A stretch of DNA of 64,000 bases from an uncultured delta proteobacterium (lineage in GTDB: Bacteria > Myxococcota_A > Polyangia > Fen-1088). The position numbers and the translations under genes are program-made. The notes below the pieces were generated by a model. It saw only the letters and a program-made list of their open reading frames with translations. It was not told where the DNA came from and searched no databases. This document shows positions 30,603 to 39,475 of the stretch, piece by piece. Every line of letters begins with the position of its first letter. The first letter of the stretch is position 1. Location: assembly GCA_963796685.1 (NCBI GenBank), contig CAWCMR010000015.1:384001-448000 (forward strand), written 5' to 3'.

Positions 30603-31184
30603 CTAGGCGCAGTCGCGCATCTCGCCTCTCTGAAGCATGGTTTTCTTCATCGCGGCCAGGTTGGGGAGCGCGAGCCCCTGCGGCCGTTTCGTGGGAGGCT
30701 GGTGTCTCACTGCTTTGAAGACGGTTCCGAGTATCTCGCGCATCTGGTCTGGTTTGATGAGATCCGCCTCTACCAGCGAGCCCAGCGCGAACCCTCGGAG
30801 CATGTAATCGTACTCGGGTGAAATGTCTCGATCCCCTCGCTCCCAATCGGCCAGCGTCACGCGGTTTATTCCCATGTTGTGCGCTAGCTCTTCTTGGGTG
30901 GCATGCAGGCTGCGCCGGAGGTAACGCACTTCCGCACCGCCCAGGCGCCTCGGCTGCTTGGCGACCTGCGTGATCGTGTAGTTCATGACCATGTTCAGCA
31001 CAGCGCCGTCGATCGTTTCGCCTCCACACTTGGTGCACTTGAAGCCGTCGATGTCGCTGACCGTGACCTTCAGGCCGACGTAGTCCGAGAAATCGTAGAC
31101 ATCGAAATGCGCAGGGCGAAGCTCGCCCCCACAGTCGCAGATGATGACTCGGCTCGTTGCAGGCTTCTGTGGCTCGTTTTTCAT
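30603..31184 (-). CDS. MqsA/YgiT-like antitoxin (Zn finger + XRE HTH)
   Basis: CDCGG...CTKCGGE Zn finger and TQEELAHNMGINRVTLADWERG HTH. ATGA coupling to the upstream toxin. Confidence 0.85.
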   Translation of the reverse strand: MKNEPQKPATSRVIICDCGGELRPAHFDVYDFSDYVGLKVTVSDIDGFKCTKCGGETIDGAVLNMVMNYTITQVAKQPRRLGGAEVRYLRRSLHATQEELAHNMGINRVTLADWERGDRDISPEYDYMLRGFALGSLVEADLIKPDQMREILGTVFKAVRHQPPTKRPQGLALPNLAAMKKTMLQRGEMRDCA

Positions 31185-31507
31185 GGCATGTCCTTCGGTG
31201 GTAGCACCGTGCAAAGCATGAGTCTCTCTTCGCCTTCGGCGCCCTCAAAAGCTTCGATGCCGACGGCGATCTCTTTGTCTCCGTCGACGTTCCGCCCAAA
31301 GAAACGCCAACAGGTGCCACCGTTCTGCGGCATCGCGGCGTATGGCTCGACCCTCCGTGACCTGCCGATGACCGCGTCGACGTCGTTCGCTGTCACGCCA
31401 CGCTCGCGCAACCGCTGTCTGAAGTGGCCAGACATGTGGTACCGCCCATTTTCGATCGCTTCACGAACCCATCTCTTTGCATCAGCCACCTTCTCTGGGC
31501 CTGGCAT
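31181..31507 (-). CDS. DUF4258 (RelE/MqsR-like fold) putative toxin
   Basis: GRYHMSGHFRQRLRERGVTANDVDAVI matches the DUF4258 pattern (H..xRM.ER.I); it lies upstream of the Zn-finger/HTH antitoxin. Confidence 0.8.
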   Translation of the reverse strand: MPGPEKVADAKRWVREAIENGRYHMSGHFRQRLRERGVTANDVDAVIGRSRRVEPYAAMPQNGGTCWRFFGRNVDGDKEIAVGIEAFEGAEGEERLMLCTVLPPKDMP

Positions 31508-31549
31508 TGTTTGTAGTTTAAGACTACAACAATCCCCTCGCACCGTCAA
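31507..31549 (-). promoter_or_regulatory. Sigma-70 promoter and palindromic operator of the TA operon
   Basis: Minus strand TTGACG-N17-TAGTCT-N13-ATG; inverted repeat TTGTAGT-N5-ACTACAA (31511-31529) overlaps the -10. Confidence 0.8.
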
Positions 31550-31833
31550 ACCTCGGTCTCGTAGGCCGGATCTCTACCCGCCCATTCTCCGACGGAGAAC
31601 ACCACGCGCCCCGCAAGCAGAGCCGCCAAGGCGCCGCCAAGGTACCGTCGACAACGCGCTTGACTCCGCCCCCTCTGGCCGCATCATGAAATCAGGGCAA
31701 GCGAGTCGGTTGATCCCCGGCGCGCGGGCCGTCCGGTGTCCGGCGGCCCTGCCCCAGCTTCTCCCAGGACACGGCCAAGGACACCATGCGAGCGGAAAAG
31801 ACGCAGGCAAAGCCAGCGGGCGCAGGCGAGACG

Positions 31834-32493
31834 ATGGGACGACCTCGCACGAGGCGAGATGCCACCCAAGGCCGGAAGCCATGGCCACGCGGCGGGAAGT
31901 GGACCAGCGCGGACCTCACAGCGGCGTGCTGTCAGTTGCTGGAAGATTCCCTGCGCGTTTGCTTCGCCGACATTGAAGCCACGGCCTTGGAGCGGTTGCA
32001 GACGTGGGATCAAGAGGGGCGGCAGTCTACGGCCGTGCGCGATTGCGCGCGCGAGATTGAAGCCGCCCTGTCGAGGGCCGAGGGGCTGGTCGAAAAGCAT
32101 CCACATTGCCCCCTGGCCCCCATCGTGCAAGCGTTCGCGGGCACACGCAAGGCCACGAAAACCGAGCTTGACCGACTTGCTTGGAGGCCCCAACGTGAAC
32201 GCGCAAAGCCTCTTACTCGGGCCGTGGAAGCCCTCGACCGAACGCACTTCTTGGGAGTCGTGGATCGCCCGGCAACCGACCAAGAGTTTGCAGCGCTCCT
32301 CTTTTGCCTTGGCATGCTGAGTGCCGAGCAGGCGCAACTGAAAAGCCCAATGCGAGCCGTGCTCAAGCAAGCCACCGACGCCATTGCCAAGAGCCGCCGA
32401 GAGAACGGCCGCCCGGCGATCATCGATCGGTGGCGAGCGAACCGCCCTGCTTTGCCGGCCCACGCTCGTGTTCTGAAGCGCCGGTATCTGTAG
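31834..32493 (+). CDS. Hypothetical protein (element)
   Basis: Long ORF, start at 31786 or 31834, N-terminal GRPR motif, no recognisable family. Confidence 0.6.
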   Translation: MGRPRTRRDATQGRKPWPRGGKWTSADLTAACCQLLEDSLRVCFADIEATALERLQTWDQEGRQSTAVRDCAREIEAALSRAEGLVEKHPHCPLAPIVQAFAGTRKATKTELDRLAWRPQRERAKPLTRAVEALDRTHFLGVVDRPATDQEFAALLFCLGMLSAEQAQLKSPMRAVLKQATDAIAKSRRENGRPAIIDRWRANRPALPAHARVLKRRYL

Positions 32494-32575
32494 CAGGGGC
32501 GAGACCGCGCGATTAGGGTACCTGCCTAACCGCGCCTTTCTCGTGGTGCCGCGCCGTCGCAATGTAGACGGCGAC

Positions 32576-32788
32576 ATGCAGACATCATCCGTCACCCTCG
32601 ACACCAGCGAGATCCAGGCGATACAGCGCCTGCGCGCCACGGTCGGCATGCGCGAGACCGCCCGCCGGCTAGGTATCGGCCATGACACGGCCTATCGGGC
32701 CGTCGCTGGCCGGAATCTATACAGGGGTACAGTCACGCAGATCCGGCTGGGCCTCGCGCTCGTCAGCGACCAGGAGCCACGATCGTGA
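32576..32788 (+). CDS. Small HTH DNA-binding protein
   Basis: GMRETARRLGIGHDTAYRAVAG HTH; translationally coupled to the next gene. Confidence 0.7.
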   Translation: MQTSSVTLDTSEIQAIQRLRATVGMRETARRLGIGHDTAYRAVAGRNLYRGTVTQIRLGLALVSDQEPRS

Positions 32789-33075
32789 CCGCCGCCGACC
32801 TTGCCACCGCGCGTGACGTCGCCGCCGTGCTGGCCGAAATTCGCGAGTTGCGCGCCGAACTGGCCGAGCTGCGCCGGTCGCAGCCGCCGAGGCTGGTCTC
32901 GGTGGCCGTCGCTTCGGCCCAGCTGGGCATTAGCCCGTGCAGCGTGCGTCGCCACGTCGCCGACGGCACACTGCCCTCGCGCCGCATCGGCGGGCGCGTG
33001 TTGGTGGATTTGTCCGCGGCCCAACCAGCGGCCGACGCCGAGATCGCGCAACGAGCGAGGGAGGCGAGAGCATGA
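32785..33075 (+). CDS. Excisionase-like HTH protein
   Basis: LVSVAVASAQLGISPCSVRRHVADGTLPSRRIGGRVLV, an HTH_17/Xis pattern, after a short coiled coil. Confidence 0.8.
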   Translation: MTAADLATARDVAAVLAEIRELRAELAELRRSQPPRLVSVAVASAQLGISPCSVRRHVADGTLPSRRIGGRVLVDLSAAQPAADAEIAQRAREARA

Positions 33076-33178
33076 CCCGCCCGACTAGACAGACCGACGC
33101 GCTACGCACCAACTCCCGTCGAGGAACTGGCGACGCCGCGACTACCCGGACGTCGCAGCGCCGCCAAGGTGCGCAGCC

Positions 33179-35617
33179 ATGACGACGGTAGCCCGCACCC
33201 GCGATCCCGAAGCCGACGCGCGAGAGGCCGCCACCAAGGCGCGAGCGCTGCTCGGCGCGAGCCGATCGGCGAGCCCCGATGATCCCTACATCACGCGCAA
33301 GCAGATCGCTCCTGATGGACTGCTCGAGATCGATCTCGCAGTTGCTGTGCGGATCATCGGCTACGCGCCCAAGGGCGGCAAGCATCACAAAACACTAGCC
33401 GGCCCCTCAATCATCGTCGCGCCCATCCTGGTCGACGCGAACATATCGACCGTCGAGTTCATCGACGCCGCAGGCACGAAGTCGTTCCTCGCTGGCGGCA
33501 CCATGGCGGCGGGTTTCTGGGCGCCTCGCCCCCTGCCCGACTGCGACTGGGCCGGAGACATGACAATCCTAGTCGGTGAAGGCTGCGCGACGGTCGCATC
33601 GGCCGCGATGGCCTGCCCGAACAGCTACGCCGTTGCGGCCATGAGCGCCGGTAACTTGCTCGCTGTCGGCAAGATGTTGCGCGAGCGATATCCTGACGCC
33701 CGAATCGTGTACCTCGGAGATGTCGGCATCGGCGCGCACAAGTGCATGGAGGCCGCGCGCGCGACCGGCGGGTTTGTTGCAGTACCACCGATCGACGAGG
33801 ACGGCGCGGATTGGAATGATGTGCACGTCCGCGCTGGTCTGCTTGCCGTGGCCGCGGGTATGGATACCGCCCAGCAGCCGGCGGCGGAACCAGTCGAGGC
33901 GGAGGTGGTCGCCCCCGGCGCGGCTCGCACCGCTCGCTGCTACGCCCTGACCGAGACGGGCGGCGCAGAACTTCTGGCCGACAGGCTGGCCGGCGATTGG
34001 CGATACTGCCAGGACCGTGGCCAGTGGGTGCGGTGGACGGGGCAGGTTTGGACCTTCGACCCTGGCGACGTGGCGATCACTGAGCGGAGTAAGCTGGTGG
34101 CACAGGAGTTTCTTGCCGAGGCCCAATGGGCACTGAAAGCTGACGATGCGCGCGCGAAGGTCTTCGCCCAATTCGCAGCGACGGCACAGCGGCGGCAGTT
34201 CCGGCGGGCCGTGATCGACTTGGCCAAGTCCGAACCAGGGATCTTGATTCCGTTCTCGGAATTCGACTGCGACGCCTACTTGCTCAACGCTGCGAATGGA
34301 ACTGTCGATCTTCACACCGGGAAACTGCGGCCCCACTCGCGAGAGGACAAGATCACGCGCATCCTGCCTTGGTCCTACGACCCGGACGCGACTTGCCCGC
34401 GCTGGGAAAGGTTCCTGGGCGAGATCCTGCCAGATGCAGAAACCGTCGAGTTTGTCCGGCGGGCGATTGGGTACACCCTGACGGCCGACGTGAGCGAGCA
34501 CGTTCTCTTCTCGTGTTTCGGCGCGGGAGCAAACGGCAAAAGCGTCCTGCTCAACACGCTGTTGCACGTTTTCGGCCCATACGGCACGACCGCCCCCACG
34601 TCGATGCTGGTAGCGAAGCAACACGAGTCTCACCCCACCGAAAAGATGGTGCTCGTCGGCAAGCGGTTGGTTGTCTTCCAGGAAATCCCATCCGGCCAGC
34701 GCTTGAACGAAGGCTTGACGAAGGCCCTAGTGAGCGGAGATCCGGACCAGGCCCGCGCCATGCGCGAAAACTTCACAACGATCCGTCCCGTCGGAAAGCT
34801 GTGGCTCGCTGGCAACCATCGCCTGGACATCCGCGAACAGACGGAAGCGATCTGGCGGCGCTATCGGGAAATCCCATTCGAGCAAGTGTTCTCGCAGGAG
34901 CAACGCGATCCCAAGCTCGAAACGAAGCTGCGCGAAGAAGCCACCGGCGCGCTCGCGTGGTGTGTCCGGGGGTGCCTCGAATGGCAGCGCGCCGGCTTGG
35001 GTAAGTCGGGCAAGGTGCAGGCGGCGACCGCTGACTTGCGCGCAGAAATGGATCGCCTCGGCCCGTTCCTTGAGGAGTGCTGCATCGTCTCGCCGTCCGC
35101 CACGGTCCCGCGGGCGGCACTCTTTCAAGCGTATCGATTGTGGGCCGAACGGCAAGGTTCGCACGGAATCTCTGACAAGGCGTTCACCGAGCTGGTGCGC
35201 GGAAGAGGATTCACGCCAGCCTACGGCCGTGTCAACGGAAAGACGGCCCGCGTTTGGCATGGCCTCGGACTGATCGATGGCGTTCCACCCTCGCCACACC
35301 TGCCACAGATTCCGAAAGAATCTCCCTATTGCGGCCAGAATCAATCTCTACGTGAGGGATATAGGGAAGAAGTATCGGAAAGCGTGGCAAGCGTGGCGCC
35401 CGACCCACTGGCCCAACTTGCCCACTGCCTCCGGGTGAGACCCGACACCACGGCCACGGATCCCGACCGTGAGGCCCTGGCCGAGCACTTCCGCGGCCTG
35501 AACGGTACGGCAGAGGCTGCGGGACAACGTCTTTGGGCGTACTGGAAGGCGGCGCCCTCCCCGACCGTGAGCGAATTCCTGGCCAAGGAACCGAAAGCAA
35601 AATGCGGTGCAGCGTGA
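33179..35617 (+). CDS. Toprim primase fused to D5/P4-family SF3 helicase
   Basis: VGEGCAT and DWND (Toprim); LLNAANGTVDL, CPRWERFL, Walker A GAGANGKS, LVSGD, GNH and AIWRR (D5/P4 primase). Confidence 0.92.
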   Translation: MTTVARTRDPEADAREAATKARALLGASRSASPDDPYITRKQIAPDGLLEIDLAVAVRIIGYAPKGGKHHKTLAGPSIIVAPILVDANISTVEFIDAAGTKSFLAGGTMAAGFWAPRPLPDCDWAGDMTILVGEGCATVASAAMACPNSYAVAAMSAGNLLAVGKMLRERYPDARIVYLGDVGIGAHKCMEAARATGGFVAVPPIDEDGADWNDVHVRAGLLAVAAGMDTAQQPAAEPVEAEVVAPGAARTARCYALTETGGAELLADRLAGDWRYCQDRGQWVRWTGQVWTFDPGDVAITERSKLVAQEFLAEAQWALKADDARAKVFAQFAATAQRRQFRRAVIDLAKSEPGILIPFSEFDCDAYLLNAANGTVDLHTGKLRPHSREDKITRILPWSYDPDATCPRWERFLGEILPDAETVEFVRRAIGYTLTADVSEHVLFSCFGAGANGKSVLLNTLLHVFGPYGTTAPTSMLVAKQHESHPTEKMVLVGKRLVVFQEIPSGQRLNEGLTKALVSGDPDQARAMRENFTTIRPVGKLWLAGNHRLDIREQTEAIWRRYREIPFEQVFSQEQRDPKLETKLREEATGALAWCVRGCLEWQRAGLGKSGKVQAATADLRAEMDRLGPFLEECCIVSPSATVPRAALFQAYRLWAERQGSHGISDKAFTELVRGRGFTPAYGRVNGKTARVWHGLGLIDGVPPSPHLPQIPKESPYCGQNQSLREGYREEVSESVASVAPDPLAQLAHCLRVRPDTTATDPDREALAEHFRGLNGTAEAAGQRLWAYWKAAPSPTVSEFLAKEPKAKCGAA
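35292..35398. other. Candidate replication origin: long imperfect palindrome in the primase 3' end
   Basis: GCCAC x2 (35293, 35302) against GTGGC x2 (35384, 35393); TTCCGA/TCGGAA; TCCCTAT/ATAGGGA; AT-richer core. Confidence 0.6.
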
Positions 35618-35909
35618 CCGGGTTGTCAATCTGTCACACGCCGGAGTCTGGCGGCGCTTCGGTGTCAGGCCGGCGGTGCCAACCCTCGCTCACCGACGGT
35701 GCGAGCCCCGAAAGAGCATTGAACAGTGGATCCGACCACCACACAGATTTTCGATTTCGCAACGCGGACGAGGGCTTGGCGGTAGCACCAACCCGTCGCG
35801 CGTTTTTGCATGGCGCCCCATCGACGAGAAGGGCTTCGTCTCCCTCGTGCTCGCGGTGGTCGCTCGGAGCCGCGTTGCGAACTTTTTCTCCCGAACGAAA
35901 GGACCTGTG

Positions 35910-36185
35910 ATGCCTGAATCATGTTGCGGCCGGGACCATTGCGACGCGTGCGGCAGCACTTCGTTCACCTCGGCGACGTTCAAGGGCGGCCGGGTCATCT
36001 GTGCGGCCTGCTGGCGCGAAATTTCGCGGAGCAAGGGTGAGGTACCACGAAAGCCGCCGCCAGCGCTTCCCCCGGCCCAAGCCGCGCAGCCACGGGCTAC
36101 GCACTCGAGCATCCCGGAACCAGAGCGGTGGGGCGACCACGTGCAAGCCGACCTCGGAGTGCTGGACAGGGGAACCAATGATTGA
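35910..36185 (+). CDS. Small Zn-finger hypothetical protein
   Basis: GAAAGGA RBS, CDACG...CAACW, overlap with the next start. Confidence 0.55.
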   Translation: MPESCCGRDHCDACGSTSFTSATFKGGRVICAACWREISRSKGEVPRKPPPALPPAQAAQPRATHSSIPEPERWGDHVQADLGVLDRGTND

Positions 36186-36636
36186 CGAGAAACCGCCCCT
36201 GACCGTGGTGCCCGACGTGGCCGAAAATGGCCCCGCCCCGGACTCCGAGGAAGAACAAGGGGACGCGCTGGACTCGCGCGAACTTAGGTTCGCCGACCTT
36301 GTGGCGTCAGGTTCCACGCTGGGCGACGCGGCCACCGAGATCGGGATCGGTTACCGGACGGCTCGGCGATGGAAAAAGCGGCCCGCGATTGCCTCGGCGA
36401 TCAAAGATCGAGCGAGCGAGCAAGTAGCCCTTGGCCGAGCGGTTCTCGCGGCGGGCATGGGCAGGGCATCGCACGCGCTGGTGCAGATGGCCGACGGCAC
36501 GGCGCCTGCGTCGGCACCACGGGTTAGCGCCGCCCGCGCGGTGGTCGAGGTAACGGCGAAGCTGGTCGAGCTCGAAGGCGTGAACGAAAGACTCGCCGAG
36601 CTTGAATCCCGCCTTTTGCCGACGAGGAGAAACTGA
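36178..36636 (+). CDS. HTH protein, terminase-small-subunit-like
   Basis: TLGDAATEIGIGYRTARRWKK HTH, RVSAARAVVE helix and C-terminal ERLAELE coiled coil. Confidence 0.65.
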   Translation: MIDEKPPLTVVPDVAENGPAPDSEEEQGDALDSRELRFADLVASGSTLGDAATEIGIGYRTARRWKKRPAIASAIKDRASEQVALGRAVLAAGMGRASHALVQMADGTAPASAPRVSAARAVVEVTAKLVELEGVNERLAELESRLLPTRRN

Positions 36637-36637
36637 C

Positions 36638-36955
36638 ATGCCGAAATCAATTGGCGACCTGCTTTCCCGGCTGGCCCGACTCGAAGGCCGCTCCGCTGCG
36701 CAGTCCTCGACGGGCGGGATTCCACGAGGGAGCACCACGGACGAATTGAAGCGCATGCTCGCCGCCGAGTTGACCGCGGAGCCGGATTTGATCGGCGAGC
36801 TGGCCGAGTCGCTGGACGTTCGCGCGATTTGCACGCTGAGAATCTTCGCCCGCTCAATCGGCCTTGCGGAATTCCTGCCCGCGCCGTCGCCCGAGGTGGT
36901 CGCAGAATTGCGCAACACCTACGGCATTGTCGAACCGAGCGAGGCCGCGCAATGA
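36638..36955 (+). CDS. Hypothetical protein (element)
   Basis: GAGGAG RBS, LLSRLARLE N-terminus, ATGA coupling to the next ORF. Confidence 0.65.
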   Translation: MPKSIGDLLSRLARLEGRSAAQSSTGGIPRGSTTDELKRMLAAELTAEPDLIGELAESLDVRAICTLRIFARSIGLAEFLPAPSPEVVAELRNTYGIVEPSEAAQ

Positions 36956-37380
36956 ACCCGCAAACCACAGCGCTCGAAAGCGATCTTCGCGGTGACACCG
37001 CCTTAGCGATCATGGCCATGCTCTCGTGGGCAGAGGCGCATGGTGGAACGAAGATGCTACTCGACGGCTCCGTGTCGAGGTGGCTCACCAGCGGCAAACC
37101 CGACGATCCGTAGATTGCACGCTGCCTGGTGAAGCTGCACAGCCAGCTTGCCCGCTTTCTCGCCCGCGGTGGCCACGTGCCCCAGTGGTTCCCGGCGTCG
37201 CTACTCAAAGCCCTTGGCGAGCCGTGCTGCGCGCGCGACTTGGCGCCCTCTTCGGCTACCTTGTCCGATGCTCTTCCTGACCGATCACCGTCGGAGAACA
37301 CGCCAAGCACGACCGGCCAGCGGCACCACAGCGCCCCCAAGATTGCCGAAACACGAACCGAAACCGACAACCAGCAGTGA
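36952..37380 (+). pseudogene. Hypothetical gene interrupted by in-frame TAG at 37111-37113
   Basis: ORFs 36952..37113 and 37129..37380 share one frame, separated only by a TAG and five sense codons. Confidence 0.5.
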
Positions 37381-37400
37381 CCCGAAAGGAAATCCCGCAC

Positions 37401-37817
37401 ATGAACCCATCGCACATGATCCAGACGCACGAGTCCCAAGCCGCCCTCAACAAGTCGTTCGACAAGCTCCGAGAATTGGCCTTCATCGATTACACGAAGC
37501 TGGCCACCATCAACGACGCAATCGACGCCGAGATGCACAAGCTGAAACAGCAGTATGCGAACACGGACACGCCCGAAGGCGCCGCACAAGTGAACCTTCG
37601 CCGCACAATCGCCAAAAACAGCGCGGGCGCTTTCTCGCAACTGCCCGATTCTGGTCTTGACGTCGTCGCGTTGAAAAGGGAGCGCGACCACCAGACGTGC
37701 GTCACCATCCCGAAGGATCAACTGATGATCTTGAGGATCCTGCATGGGCAGGATGAAGGGAAGATTGCGCACGCGTACCGCGAGACGCAGCGACTCGTCA
37801 AAGAAGGCAAGCTGTGA
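37401..37817 (+). CDS. Hypothetical helical protein (element)
   Basis: GAAAGGA RBS before ATG at 37401; GTGA coupling to the next gene. Confidence 0.7.
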   Translation: MNPSHMIQTHESQAALNKSFDKLRELAFIDYTKLATINDAIDAEMHKLKQQYANTDTPEGAAQVNLRRTIAKNSAGAFSQLPDSGLDVVALKRERDHQTCVTIPKDQLMILRILHGQDEGKIAHAYRETQRLVKEGKL

Positions 37818-38437
37818 GCAAGACATTCGCGTTCCACCGCGCGCCCTTCAATGATTCAGAATTCAACGAGGGCATTGCAGAGCTGGCCAAGCTCATTGGC
37901 GCGACTGAGGCGGCCACGCCGAGCTGGACAAGACGCCTTGTGCTCGCTGCCGACAAGGCCAGCGATCCCGAGGAGTGGGCGCTCATGATCGACAACTGCG
38001 CGAAGCCCGATTCGATTCTGCCGGGCCTGGCGGTTTGGGTAAACACAGGTTTGCTGGTGGCGCTGCCGACGGCGTTTTCCCTCGCCGATGCCGTGGCCAT
38101 CCTGACCGGCCACGACTCGGCCAACCCTGAGGCGATACTTCGCGAGCGTCGCGCGCAGATGAAGGAGCACGAGAATGAGGTAGCCGCCGAGCTGGCAGCG
38201 AAGACGGCGGAACAGGAGAAAGAGCGGGAGGCGGCCGAACAGGAGGCGCGGGACCGACTCACCTTCAACGCCAGCGGCTGGGAGGAATTGGAACCATGGC
38301 AACAGATGCTCTACGCGCTGTCGATGCGGGTGCAGGCGCGAGACGGCGAGTTTGCCAGCGACTTGCGCGACATCGCCGAAGAAAGCCAGCGGTGTCGCCC
38401 GGCGGCGCTGCCCTTCCCGCGGCAAAGGTGGCGGTGA
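37814..38437 (+). CDS. Hypothetical coiled-coil protein (element)
   Basis: 207-aa ORF with GC-biased third positions and a central E/K/A-rich coiled coil. Confidence 0.7.
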   Translation: MSKTFAFHRAPFNDSEFNEGIAELAKLIGATEAATPSWTRRLVLAADKASDPEEWALMIDNCAKPDSILPGLAVWVNTGLLVALPTAFSLADAVAILTGHDSANPEAILRERRAQMKEHENEVAAELAAKTAEQEKEREAAEQEARDRLTFNASGWEELEPWQQMLYALSMRVQARDGEFASDLRDIAEESQRCRPAALPFPRQRWR

Positions 38438-38494
38438 CCAATGATGCGCAAGAGCAGCGCGTCCCTACCCGAACCGCAGCGAGCACACGCGCAC

Positions 38495-38908
38495 CTACCG
38501 TCCATCGTTGTTGTTCATCTTGGAAGCCATCGCGCGAACGTCACACGCGATGTCCACAAAAAGATTGATCGCTTCCGCAACAGCCTTCAGTACCAGCCAC
38601 TGGACCGCTGCGCCCACAAAGCAAGCGAGAGCCTTGTACAGCGCGATGGACATCGTTTGATCGGTGGAGTTAGCCAGAATGTTAACTCCAACCAGAACCA
38701 ACACCACAAGGATGACCCAAGCTGCGATTCTATAGAATGTTGAGATGCTTTCCAACGCCGCATATCGCGGCCTTGCTTGCCCACCCATCGAATGCTCGCC
38801 GGGTCGGTCCACCGACTTCGGAACATACGCCCCTGTGGCGAAGGAGTACCCGCAGTCGCACGTCGTGGTTGAAGGCGGATTTTCGAGGTGGCATCTGGGG
38901 CATTGCAT
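38495..38908 (-). CDS. Zinc-ribbon membrane protein (element cargo)
   Basis: AGGAGG RBS, CPRC...CDCGY, two TM helices. Confidence 0.75.
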   Translation of the reverse strand: MQCPRCHLENPPSTTTCDCGYSFATGAYVPKSVDRPGEHSMGGQARPRYAALESISTFYRIAAWVILVVLVLVGVNILANSTDQTMSIALYKALACFVGAAVQWLVLKAVAEAINLFVDIACDVRAMASKMNNNDGR

Positions 38909-39070
38909 GGCTTCCTCCTCCTGAAAGCTTCCATCTTATCAAGTGGCGGTGCTCTATCCAACGCTCTACGACCGCCGTCACCGACGGAGAACGACCAGAA
39001 GGGCGCGATGCTTCGTTTTATTGTTCGCACGGAGGGGCTGAAAAGGACGGTCTGGGTGGGGCAAGCCGAT

Positions 39071-39107
39071 TGTATTTGACTTAATATCTACGATGTGGAT
39101 AAATACA
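39071..39107 (+). promoter_or_regulatory. Promoter and palindromic operator upstream of the RHH gene
   Basis: TTGACT (39076-39081) with TAAATA about 18 bp downstream; nested inverted repeats TGTATTT/AAATACA and TATCTAC-GAT-GTGGATA. Confidence 0.65.
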
Positions 39108-39110
39108 GGC

Positions 39111-39368
39111 ATGCAAGTCATGGAAAACTCGCAACGAAACAGGAAACCTGCAAAAGTGGTCGCTGATTTGGGCCGGCCAAGAACACGACCACCTGGCGAA
39201 AACACCGTCTTGTCTTTCAAGGCGACGGACGAATTCATCGCCACGCTGGACAAGGCGGCCGAGGAACTGACACGCGAACGTCCGCCTGGTAGCTCGAAAG
39301 TGTCCAGGACCGAGACGATCAAGATCCTGCTGACTGAAGCCCTGGCCGCTCGCTCGAAGCGTCAGTAG
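39111..39368 (+). CDS. Ribbon-helix-helix (CopG/Arc-like) regulator
   Basis: TVLSFKATDEFIATLDKAA...SRTETIKILLTEAL strand-helix-helix pattern, preceded by GRPR. Confidence 0.75.
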   Translation: MQVMENSQRNRKPAKVVADLGRPRTRPPGENTVLSFKATDEFIATLDKAAEELTRERPPGSSKVSRTETIKILLTEALAARSKRQ

Positions 39369-39475
39369 CCCGCGCCGTAGCTGCGCGCCACCTCTACCCC
39401 CCGCAACGAAAGTGGGGCGCCACCACGCGAATGGTGCGCCCCGTGGTCGAGAACCCCGACGAAGGAGATACCGAC

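Noticed and set aside
35607-35909. N-terminal half of ORF 35607..36185
   Set aside because: No protein-like features, a better RBS and start at 35910, and the region is better explained as structured non-coding sequence.
37111-37113. Pyrrolysine or genetic-code reassignment at the in-frame TAG
   Set aside because: TAG is used as a normal stop throughout the window and the element; this is a single instance with no pyl genes.
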